Assembly (NCBI GenBank): GCA_964555735.1
Contig: CAZKTS010000038.1
Span: 6,929-70,928 of the forward strand
Length of the DNA stretch: 64,000 nucleotides
Origin: an uncultured Bifidobacteriaceae bacterium
Lineage (GTDB): Bacteria > Actinomycetota > Acidimicrobiia > IMCC26256 > PALSA-555
Direction of reading: 5' to 3'
In this document: in pieces, positions 1 through 7,926 of the stretch
Layout: every line of letters begins with the position of its first letter
Numbering within the stretch: the first letter of the stretch is position 1
Program-made: the position numbers and the translations under genes
The notes under the pieces: model-generated
Databases searched by the model: none
Told to the model about the DNA's origin: nothing
The model's input: only the letters and a program-made list of their open reading frames with translations

Positions 1-1200
1 CCATCCGATCGCCCCGTTGTCGTGCACGAGCGGGCGGAACTCCCAGTACGTCAGACCATGACAGACGAGGTCGGTCGCGGCGGTGATCGTCGCCATCCTC
101 CGACCCTCGTCGATGAGCGCGATCTCGCCGAAGTGGTCACCGGGCCCGAGCCTCCCACGCTCCACGCCTTGGATCGTGACCGTCGCTTCGCCGGCGTCGA
201 TCAGGAAGAACGCCGCGCCACCCGAACCTTCGAGGATGACGGTCTCGCCCGCGGCGAAACGCCGCACCTTTGACACGCGGGCGATCTGCTCGACCTCCTC
301 GCGGCTCAGCTCGGCGAAGAACGGGACCTGGTGCAGTGCGTCGGCGGGGTCGCCGGTCGGCCGCGCAGGGGCGGACGGTTCGTGTGAACCGCCGGTCGTG
401 ACCGCGCGGCACTGAAGCAGGTAGAGCGTTCCGTCGGAGAACGCGAACTCGACGTCGCGGCCGGGCCCGTAGACCTGCTCGACGCGCAGTGCGAGGTCGC
501 CGAGCTGCCGCAGCTGCCCGTCGTCGAGCGTGAGCGCCTCCGCCCGATCGGCGGCGACCGACTCCTCGACGGTGCCTCCCGTGGCGAGCGAGCGGATCGC
601 CACCTTCTTGAGCCCGGCGGTCCGGTCGAGGACCTCGCCGTCGCGTCCGACCCGATACGTGTCCGGGATCACCAGGCCGGCGACCACGGCCTCGCCGAGG
701 CCCCACGCGGCCTCGATGAGGCACTCGTCGGCCCCGGTGATCGGATTCTTGGTGAACATCACGCCGGCCACGTCGGGGTCGAGCAGGGACTGGATGACCA
801 CACCGACGCTCGGGCGCGTGAACAGTCCGACTCGTTGGCGGTACGTGATCGCGGAGTCGGAGTTGGCCGACCACCAGATCTCTGCCAACGCCGCGGGCAC
901 GTCGTCAGCGGTCGGCACGTTGAGCAACGTGAGGTGCTGACCGGCGAAGCTCGCATCCGCGCCGTCCTCGTCGGCCGCCGACGAGCGGACCGCGAGGGGT
1001 GTCGGCAGATCGGCGATCGCGGCAGCCACGCGCGCGATGGCCTCGGGGTCCTCCCCCGCCACGGCCTCGACCACCTCACCGGAGAGGGCGACACCGGGCG
1101 GCACCGGCAGACCATCGCGAATCGCCTCGCCCAGTCCGACCGCCTTCGAACCGAAGAGGGTCGTGTCGCTCGCCTCGGCGAGCGGGACGACGTCCTTCAC
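1..1200 (-). CDS. PPDK_N-type ATP-grasp (PEP/pyruvate-binding) protein fused to a C-terminal cyclic-nucleotide-binding domain; 3' end lies beyond the window
   Basis: Absent from the ORF track because the frame is open to the window edge. Hand translation of the minus frame from GTG at 1198-1200 gives VKDVVPLAEASDTTLFGSKAVGLGEAIRDGLPVPPG, ADASFAGQHLTLLNV, GVMFTKNPITG and EAAWGLGEAVVAGLVIPDTY, which are PEP synthase/PPDK N-terminal hallmarks. Codons in about 1-336 read FFAELSREEVEQIARV...GDHFGEIALIDEGRRMATITA, a cNMP-binding signature. No in-frame stop, high GC3, and a GTGA overlap with the upstream stop. Confidence 0.8.
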   Translation of the reverse strand, partial: MKDVVPLAEASDTTLFGSKAVGLGEAIRDGLPVPPGVALSGEVVEAVAGEDPEAIARVAAAIADLPTPLAVRSSAADEDGADASFAGQHLTLLNVPTADDVPAALAEIWWSANSDSAITYRQRVGLFTRPSVGVVIQSLLDPDVAGVMFTKNPITGADECLIEAAWGLGEAVVAGLVIPDTYRVGRDGEVLDRTAGLKKVAIRSLATGGTVEESVAADRAEALTLDDGQLRQLGDLALRVEQVYGPGRDVEFAFSDGTLYLLQCRAVTTGGSHEPSAPARPTGDPADALHQVPFFAELSREEVEQIARVSKVRRFAAGETVILEGSGGAAFFLIDAGEATVTIQGVERGRLGPGDHFGEIALIDEGRRMATITAATDLVCHGLTYWEFRPLVHDNGAIGW

Positions 1201-2834
1201 CCCAGCACCGTCACTTCACCGGCCGTGCCGTCGACGCGCACGCGAGCGCCGTCGGCGATGAGCTCGGTCGCCTCTCGGGTGCCCACCACACCCGGGATGC
1301 CGTACTCGCGCGCCACGATGGCGGAGTGCGAGAGGAGGCCGCCGTTGTCGGTCACGATCGCCCCGAGCAGCGGCAGGAGGATGTTGAACGCCTCGGTCGT
1401 CGCCGGGGTGAGCAGTACGTCGCCCTGCTCGATCCGTTCGAACTCAGCCGGTCCGGCGACCCGTCGCGCCGGGCCCTCGTAGACGCCGGGGCTCGCGGCG
1501 AGACCGCGCACGAGCTGCTCGTCGTGCTCGGCCTCGGAGCTCCCGAAGAGCGACTCCAGGGTGATCCCGACCGCGCGCATCACGCGCGCGCTCGCCGGCG
1601 GGAGGCCCGAGGGGTCGGGCGGTGGCTGCGGCGGGTCGCCGATCGTCGCGGGCGCATCCTTCGCGGTGTGCGTCGCTCGATACTGCGCACGGGCGGCGAG
1701 CTCTTCCGCCGAGGGTCCGCCGGCGTCCGTGACCAGCGCGACCATCTCGTCGAGACTCGCGTCGACCATGTGCTCCGGTGCATCGATGCGGCCCCGGCCC
1801 GCGACCCGACGCCCTGCCGCCAGCGCAGCCCGGCGCATCAGGCCCGAAGCCCAGATGTCGCTGTAGACACCCCGCTCGTCGCGCAGGCGGTAGGTGAGCC
1901 GCGCTTCGCCGAGCAGCTCGTCGAACTCGTCGCGATGCTCCTCGGGGACCTTGGCGCGCACGTCGTCGGTCGCGTCGCCGACGTCGGCACCGGTGAGGTC
2001 GCGTCCGGCCACGGCAACCCGGAGCGCGCGCAGCAGCGCGTCGGGCAGCTCGAGCGCGCCCGGCTCGGAGATGTCGAAGCCGTCGAGCGGGCGGAACCCG
2101 ACCAGGTCCAGGTAGCCGTCGACTGCGGCGCCGGCCGGAGTGTCGAGGGAACGCAGGTCGGCGAGCACGAGGGCCGGGTCGCCATCGGACTCGAGCAGGG
2201 CCATGGCGGCGGCGTCGTCCGGCACGGTCGCCAGCAGCTGGTCGAGCTCCGACGAGCCGCCCGCCGAGACCGACGCCGAACCCCGCGTCAAGGTCAGCAG
2301 CTCGGCGTGGGGCATCCCGGTCCAGTCGCCGACGTGGGCGAGGAAGTCGCCGGTCGGGAGCATCGCCCCGGCCGTGTAGTGCATGTGCTGCCGCATCATT
2401 GCGGCGTGGTGGTCGCGACAGCGCGCGAGGTGCGCGGCAAGCTCGTCGTCGGAGAGGGCATCGGGGTCGACTGCCTGGATCTCGCGGTGCTTGGCGATCG
2501 ACGCCGGCTTGACCTCCTCGTCCCATTCCCGCAGCTGCTCGCGCCAGAGCTTCTCGGCGAAGACCTGCTCGGCGCGCGCGAAGCGCTCCGGGATCTCGGC
2601 GTCGGGAGCCGGCTGCGGCTGGCCGTACGCGAAGCCGTTCACGTACGACGTCTGAAGCCCATCGGTGAGGAGCCCGTAGTACCGGGCGAAGTCCTGGGTA
2701 CCGAGCCGGAAGGCGGCGGGATGGGTCTCGGTCCAGTACTTCGTCACCGGGCGAGGGAAGTGCACCGCGTCACGCGCCCACGGTCCCGGGCCCACCGGCT
2801 CGAACCGCAGCTCATCGGTTCCGCTGCCTGCCAT
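1197..2834 (-). CDS. PEP-utilising enzyme mobile (phosphohistidine swivel) domain protein with a long N-terminal helical region
   Basis: 545-aa ORF with normal composition. The C-terminus GDVLLTPATTEAFNILLPLLGAIVTDNGGLLSHSAIVAREYGIPGVVG matches the swivel-domain His motif of PEP synthase, PPDK and rifampicin phosphotransferase. Confidence 0.85.
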   Translation of the reverse strand: MAGSGTDELRFEPVGPGPWARDAVHFPRPVTKYWTETHPAAFRLGTQDFARYYGLLTDGLQTSYVNGFAYGQPQPAPDAEIPERFARAEQVFAEKLWREQLREWDEEVKPASIAKHREIQAVDPDALSDDELAAHLARCRDHHAAMMRQHMHYTAGAMLPTGDFLAHVGDWTGMPHAELLTLTRGSASVSAGGSSELDQLLATVPDDAAAMALLESDGDPALVLADLRSLDTPAGAAVDGYLDLVGFRPLDGFDISEPGALELPDALLRALRVAVAGRDLTGADVGDATDDVRAKVPEEHRDEFDELLGEARLTYRLRDERGVYSDIWASGLMRRAALAAGRRVAGRGRIDAPEHMVDASLDEMVALVTDAGGPSAEELAARAQYRATHTAKDAPATIGDPPQPPPDPSGLPPASARVMRAVGITLESLFGSSEAEHDEQLVRGLAASPGVYEGPARRVAGPAEFERIEQGDVLLTPATTEAFNILLPLLGAIVTDNGGLLSHSAIVAREYGIPGVVGTREATELIADGARVRVDGTAGEVTVLG

Positions 2835-2916
2835 CGCCGTACTCCCTCATCGCGGGTGCCGCCCGGGAACCGGGCGATTCTCCGACGCCGCGCCGGTCGG
2901 CGCAAGGTGAGCGGCC

Positions 2917-3462
2917 TCAGCCGCTGACGACGGTGGCGGCCAACGCGACCCGATGGTCCTTCGTCCATGGTGGTCCCAGCCGCGCTCGCGGGCCATCGAG
3001 GACGTCCGTGGCGCGGTCACCGAGGATCGCCGTCGCGTCGGCGATCACGCGCTTCGCGTCATAGAAGTGGAGATGCCACCCCCGCGAGCGCGCGAGGTCG
3101 GCGAGCACCCGGCGGTACATGATCGCGTCGGCGCGCGCCTCGTAGGGCGAACGCCGCTGCACCGCGATGTCGTCGGGGAAGTCGGCCGGCCAGGTCCGCA
3201 GCGAGATGGACACGATCGGTCCGGGAAGCGCTCGGCCGAGCTCGTCGAACGCCGCCGCGCTCGCACGCGCGATCGACGCCCGCACGTCGGCCACGAGCGC
3301 AGCCGTCGCGGCGACGTCGAGCCGCTTGCTCTCGTAGTGGATGGGCGCCGCAGTCACGCCCGGCTCCACCAGCTCCATCCGGCGCCGGTCGACGACCTCG
3401 TGCTCGTCCGACGCGGTGACCGCGACCGCCCACCCGAAGTGATCCGCGATGCCGAGGCGCAC
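2917..3462 (-). CDS. hypothetical protein
   Basis: 181-aa ORF with a GTG start, balanced composition (MRLGIADHFGWAVAVTASDEHEVV...) and high GC3. I recognised no family. Confidence 0.55.
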   Translation of the reverse strand: MRLGIADHFGWAVAVTASDEHEVVDRRRMELVEPGVTAAPIHYESKRLDVAATAALVADVRASIARASAAAFDELGRALPGPIVSISLRTWPADFPDDIAVQRRSPYEARADAIMYRRVLADLARSRGWHLHFYDAKRVIADATAILGDRATDVLDGPRARLGPPWTKDHRVALAATVVSG

Positions 3463-3536
3463 ACGCCGATCATCCCGCTCGGCTGCCGTGGCTCGCCACC
3501 TACGATCCGGTGCAGGCCCAACCCCGGAGGTCGACC

Positions 3537-3647
3537 ATGCTCGCCCACATCACCCTCGACGAGGTGCCGTTCCTCCTCGTGCTCGTCGCCGTCGCGTTCG
3601 TGAGCGGTGGCGTGGCGTTCATGCTCGGGCGGCGCAGCGCTCGCTGA
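3537..3647 (+). CDS. small (36 aa) single-pass membrane protein
   Basis: Below the ORF-track size cutoff. ATG at 3537 follows GGAGG (3526-3530) with a 6-nt spacer. Translation is MLAHITLDEVPFLLVLVAVAFVSGGVAFMLGRRSAR: a hydrophobic helix plus a basic tail, with high GC3. Confidence 0.35.
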   Translation: MLAHITLDEVPFLLVLVAVAFVSGGVAFMLGRRSAR

Positions 3648-3655
3648 GCGCGCGG

Positions 3656-5155
3656 TCAGGCGCCCTCGACCACCTCCGGCCGGCCGTGCTCGACGGCCCA
3701 GCGGGCGCCGAGCTCCTCGTGTGCAGACGGCTCGAGCACCGTGTCCACGAACCACCACTCCGCCTGGACGCGCTCGCGGTCCACGTCGACGACGACGTAG
3801 CCGTTGCTGTCGAGCTCGCACCACTTCCAGTGCGGGAGGACCTCGACGGCCTCGCGCTCCAGCGCGAGCGACCGCTCGTCCCGGCGGGGCCAGCCCATCT
3901 TGTCGTCGATGTTCATCGACGTGAGGCTCGAGGTCACGAACTCGACCGCGACCGGCGCATCACCCGCAATCGTGTCCTCGTGCAGCTCGAGCGCGATCGC
4001 GACGTGCACGTCGCCGCTGAGCACGACGACGTTGCGCATGCCGTGATCGCGCAGGTGCCGGAGCAGGGTGGAGCGCTCGACCGGGTAGCCGTCCCACTGG
4101 TCCGGGTCCGGGCCGACGCCTCCGTCGCCCAGGAGCCGAAGCTCGTCGAGCGCAGGACGGATCGACGCCGGCAGGTGGTCGGACCACGTGTGACCCATCA
4201 CCGATGCGTTGCCGAGCAGCCGCCAGTGCGCGGTCGAGTCGTCGAACGCGCGCAGCAACCACTCCCGCTGCTCGGTCCCGAGCTGGGACCGGTCCGGCTC
4301 GTACATCGCGGGCGGAGGCACCGGTTCGTCTCGGCGGCTCCGCGTGTCGATGAGGAACAGCTCGGCGAGATCGCCGACCTCGACGCTGCGGAACACCCGC
4401 GTCGGGTCGGTGGGATCCGGCCGGCGGTACGGCTGCCACTCCCAGCGCGCGCGAAAGCCCGCAGCCTTCCGATCGGCGAACGCGCCCATCGCCTCGGTGT
4501 GCCACGACGAGCCGTCGCGCCAGGTGCCGTCGGCGAACTCGTGGTCATCCAGGGTCGCGATGACGGGGTGACGCAGATGCAACGCCTGGACGTCCGGGTC
4601 ACACCGGTACTGGGCGTAGCGCCGCCGGTAGTCGTCGAGCGTCACGCATTCGTGGAGCGGATCGAACGGACGCCCGATGTCGGGTGGCTGGGGCGCGCCC
4701 GGGGGCAGCACGTTCGGCGTCTCGTAGATGTAGTCGCCGAGGTGCAGCAGGAAGGCGATGTCGTCGCGCGCCGCGATCCGCGCGTAGGCGTTGAAGAAGC
4801 CGGCGTTGTAGCTGGCGCACGATGCGACCGCGAAACGCACGTGCTCCGCCCCCGTTGCGGGCAGGGTTCGGGTTCGGCCCACCGGCGACGATTCGCCGTT
4901 CGCCTCGAACGCGTAGAAATACGTCGTCGCCGGCTCGAGACCGTCGGCATCGACGTGGACGGTCTGGTCCGCGTCCGGCGCGGAGGTCGTGGAGCCACTC
5001 GCAACGACGTCGCGCATCGATTGGTCGCGCGCCACCCGCCAGGTGACCTCGACCGGCTCGTCCGGGCCGACGGTCAGCCTCGTCCACAGGACCACGCGGT
5101 CCTGGAGCGGATCCCCGCTGGCCACGGAGTGGCGGAACTGGCCGTCGGTCCCCAC
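3656..5155 (-). CDS. phoD: PhoD-like alkaline phosphatase/phosphodiesterase (no recognisable export signal)
   Basis: The real part of track ORF 3656..5878 begins near the GTG at 5155: (V)GTDGQFRHSVASGDPLQDRVVLWTRL...FAVASCASYNAGFFNAY...LHLGDYIYE...LDDHEFADG...VVLSGDVHVA, which are PhoD metallophosphatase motifs. The in-frame region upstream is Arg/Pro-rich shadow with no hydrophobic Tat or Sec segment. Confidence 0.8.
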   Translation of the reverse strand: MGTDGQFRHSVASGDPLQDRVVLWTRLTVGPDEPVEVTWRVARDQSMRDVVASGSTTSAPDADQTVHVDADGLEPATTYFYAFEANGESSPVGRTRTLPATGAEHVRFAVASCASYNAGFFNAYARIAARDDIAFLLHLGDYIYETPNVLPPGAPQPPDIGRPFDPLHECVTLDDYRRRYAQYRCDPDVQALHLRHPVIATLDDHEFADGTWRDGSSWHTEAMGAFADRKAAGFRARWEWQPYRRPDPTDPTRVFRSVEVGDLAELFLIDTRSRRDEPVPPPAMYEPDRSQLGTEQREWLLRAFDDSTAHWRLLGNASVMGHTWSDHLPASIRPALDELRLLGDGGVGPDPDQWDGYPVERSTLLRHLRDHGMRNVVVLSGDVHVAIALELHEDTIAGDAPVAVEFVTSSLTSMNIDDKMGWPRRDERSLALEREAVEVLPHWKWCELDSNGYVVVDVDRERVQAEWWFVDTVLEPSAHEELGARWAVEHGRPEVVEGA

Positions 5156-5260
5156 GCGCGCTCTCCTCGTCGGCGTGCTCGACCGCGGCGCCCGCGATCG
5201 TGCCGGGTACCGTACGTCGCCCTGCCCGCACCGCCTGCCGACCGGGGGACGACGGCGCCG

Positions 5261-6280
5261 ATGCCCACGACCGACGAGACGCTCGCCGACGGCCTGGCGC
5301 GGTGGCTCGCCCGCCACCTCGGTGTCAGCCGCGTCGTCGTGGACGAGCTCGAGCGACCGTCGGCCGGGTACGCAAGCTTCACGCTGCTGTTCCGCGCCCG
5401 AACGGAGGAGGCCACCCCGCGCACGCTCCACCTCGTCCTGCGGATGGGTCCGTCGCCGGCCGGGCTCTTCGCCGACTACGACCTGGTCGCGCAGCACGCC
5501 GCGCAGGGAGCGGCGGCGGCCGCGGGCGTCCCGGTCGCGACACCGATCGTGGAGTCGGACCCGGCGTGGCTCGGTGCGCCGTTCATGCTCATGCCGCGCG
5601 TCGACGGCCACATCCTCGGCGAGGTCACCGTCCTCGACCCCTGGCTGAGCGCCCTCTCGCCCGGCGAGCGGGCCGAGCTCCACGAGCACTTCGTCGCTGC
5701 GCTCGGGCGGATCCATGCGGCCCCCACCGAGATCGCGGCCGCGGGCGGGGTTCCCGTGCGCGACGAGCACGCGGAGTTCACCTACTGGGAGGAGTACCTC
5801 CAGTGGTCGTCCGGAGGTGCGCCGGTGCCGACCATCGCCGGTGCGCTCCGCTGGTGCCGGGAGCACGCGCCGCACCATCGGGAGCCGGGCTCACTCTGCT
5901 GGGGTGACGTTCGCCTGGGCAACGTCGTGTTCGGGGACGACCGGCGCCCCCTCGCGGTCCTCGACTGGGACATGGCGTCCATCGGGGCGCGTGCGCACGA
6001 CGTCGCGTGGTACACGACGCTCACCGCAACCATGACGACGCTGCTCGGCAGGAGCGTCGATGGCTTCCCCGACCGCGACGGCACCATCGCCCAGTACGAG
6101 CAGCTCACCGGGTGCGCGCTGCCCGACCTCGAGTGGTACGAAACGTTCGCGCTCGTGCGCAGCACTGCGATCATGACGCGCATCGGCTACCTCGCGATCG
6201 CCGCAGGAGAACGGCCGACGATGCCGATCGACGACAACCCTCTCCTCGACATCCTCCGAGACCGGACCGGGGCCACGTGA
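5261..6280 (+). CDS. aminoglycoside/choline-kinase-type phosphotransferase (APH family, the type often paired with acyl-CoA dehydrogenases)
   Basis: C-terminal part of track ORF 3449..6280 from ATG 5261: MPTTDETLADGLARWL...LCWGDVRLGNVVFGDDRRPLAVLDWDMASIG, the Brenner/APH catalytic loop motif (HGDxxxxN-like plus DWD). Confidence 0.8.
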   Translation: MPTTDETLADGLARWLARHLGVSRVVVDELERPSAGYASFTLLFRARTEEATPRTLHLVLRMGPSPAGLFADYDLVAQHAAQGAAAAAGVPVATPIVESDPAWLGAPFMLMPRVDGHILGEVTVLDPWLSALSPGERAELHEHFVAALGRIHAAPTEIAAAGGVPVRDEHAEFTYWEEYLQWSSGGAPVPTIAGALRWCREHAPHHREPGSLCWGDVRLGNVVFGDDRRPLAVLDWDMASIGARAHDVAWYTTLTATMTTLLGRSVDGFPDRDGTIAQYEQLTGCALPDLEWYETFALVRSTAIMTRIGYLAIAAGERPTMPIDDNPLLDILRDRTGAT

Positions 6281-7926
6281 CCGACGATCAGCCGGGCACC
6301 GTCGTCGAGCTCCTCGATCGGCGCGCCGACGACGACACAATCGGCATCGTCATCGACGACCGCACCTGGACCTGGCGCGAGGTGGTCGCCGAGAGCTCAC
6401 GATGGTCGGCCGCCATCGAGTCGCTGCGACCCATGAGCGGCCCGTTCCACCTCGGGGTGCTGCTCGGGAACGTTCCCGAGTACCTCTTCGCTCTCTTCGG
6501 CGCGGCTCGCGTCGGCGCGGTCGTCGTCGGCATCAACGAGACGCGACGCGGCGAGGAGCTCGCCCGCGACATCCGCCACACCGACTGCGCCGCAGTGCTC
6601 ACCGACGCTTCGCACGCGCCGCTGCTCGCCGGGCTCGATCTCGGCGACACACCGGTGCTCGACGTGGCGGACGACAGCTGGCAACGCCGGCTCGACGGCC
6701 CTGCCCCACCCCGCCTGCCGGCACTCTCGCCGGACGACGTCTTCATCCTCATCTTCACGTCCGGATCCACGAGCGCACCGAAGGCCGTGCAGCTGTCGCA
6801 CGGGCGCGCGGCCCGGATCGCGAACGCGACGATGTTCACCGACGACGACGTCCTCTACTGCGCGATGCCGTTGTTCCACGGCAACGCGCTCAACGCGATC
6901 GTCTTTCCGGCGCTCGCCTCCGGGGCCACGGTCGCGCTGCGCGAGCGCTACTCCGCATCGCAGTTCATGCCCGACGTCCGCCGCTACGGCGCGACCTTCT
7001 TCAGCACGGTCGGTCGTGCCCTCGCGTACATCCTTGCCACACCAGCGTCGCCCGACGACCGAGACCACCGGGTCAAGTACGCGCTCGCACCGGAGTCTTC
7101 GCCCCGCGACATGCGCGCGTTCAAGCAGCGCTTCGGCATCCTGTGCGTCTCGGGCTACGGCTCGAGCGAGAACGTGATCATCATGGTGCCTCAGCCCGGC
7201 CTGCCCAAGGAGGCGCTGGGCGTACCGCAGGCGGGACTGGACGCCGCGATCGTCGATCCCGAGACCGGCGAGGAGCGCGCGCTCGCGCGCTTCGACGACG
7301 ACGGCCGCCTCCTCAATGGAGCCGAGGCGATCGGCGAGATCGTCGGACGCAACGTCGTCGACCGGTTCGAGGGGTACTACAACAACCCGGAGGCAGAGGC
7401 CGAGCGCACCCGCAACGGGTGGTACTGGTCCGGCGACCTGGGGTACCGCGACGAGGCCGGCGTCTTCTTCTTCGCCGGGCGGTCCGGCGAGTGGCTGCGC
7501 GTCGACTCCGAGAACTTCGCCACCGCGCCGGTGGAGCGGATCCTCGGCCGCTTCCCCGGCGCGAGCGGCGTCGCGGTCTTCGCCGTGCCGGACTCCCGCA
7601 CCGCCGACGACCAGGTCATGGCCGCCCTCGAGCTCGAAGCGGGAGTCGCGTTCGACCCCGACGCCTTCGGACGCTTCGTGGCCGAGCAACCTGACCTCGG
7701 TACCAAGTGGGCGCCGCGCTACGTGCGGATCACGACGCTGCCCGTCGGGGCCACCAACAAGATCGACAAGCGTCCGCTGCGCGCCGAGCGCTGGTTCACC
7801 GACGACCCTCTCTACTGGCGACCCGGCCCGGAGCCGGCCTACCGGCGCTTCACGACCGACGACCTCGCCGCGCTCGAGGCGGCCTTCGCCGACGCCGGTC
7901 GTCCGGACGCCATGAGCCGACCCTGA
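6277..7926 (+). CDS. AMP-dependent acyl-CoA synthetase/ligase (FadD-like)
   Basis: GTG at 6277 overlaps the upstream stop (GTGA). Motifs: ILIFTSGSTSAPKAV (AMP-binding P-loop-like), GYGSSE, WYWSGDLGYRDEAGVFFFAGR, ATNKIDKRPL. Confidence 0.85.
   Translation: MTDDQPGTVVELLDRRADDDTIGIVIDDRTWTWREVVAESSRWSAAIESLRPMSGPFHLGVLLGNVPEYLFALFGAARVGAVVVGINETRRGEELARDIRHTDCAAVLTDASHAPLLAGLDLGDTPVLDVADDSWQRRLDGPAPPRLPALSPDDVFILIFTSGSTSAPKAVQLSHGRAARIANATMFTDDDVLYCAMPLFHGNALNAIVFPALASGATVALRERYSASQFMPDVRRYGATFFSTVGRALAYILATPASPDDRDHRVKYALAPESSPRDMRAFKQRFGILCVSGYGSSENVIIMVPQPGLPKEALGVPQAGLDAAIVDPETGEERALARFDDDGRLLNGAEAIGEIVGRNVVDRFEGYYNNPEAEAERTRNGWYWSGDLGYRDEAGVFFFAGRSGEWLRVDSENFATAPVERILGRFPGASGVAVFAVPDSRTADDQVMAALELEAGVAFDPDAFGRFVAEQPDLGTKWAPRYVRITTLPVGATNKIDKRPLRAERWFTDDPLYWRPGPEPAYRRFTTDDLAALEAAFADAGRPDAMSRP

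Noticed and set aside
999-2927. 642-aa plus-strand ORF, plus similar long ORFs (3449..5260 part of 3449..6280; 14993..16879; 15684..17789; 8333..9982; 23764..25737; 42369..43862; 47606..49198; 50639..51175 part of 50639..52507)
   Set aside because: All have Arg/Pro/Gly-dominated composition and low GC3 relative to the overlapping frame that carries clear family motifs. I kept only the motif-bearing frame or sub-segment.
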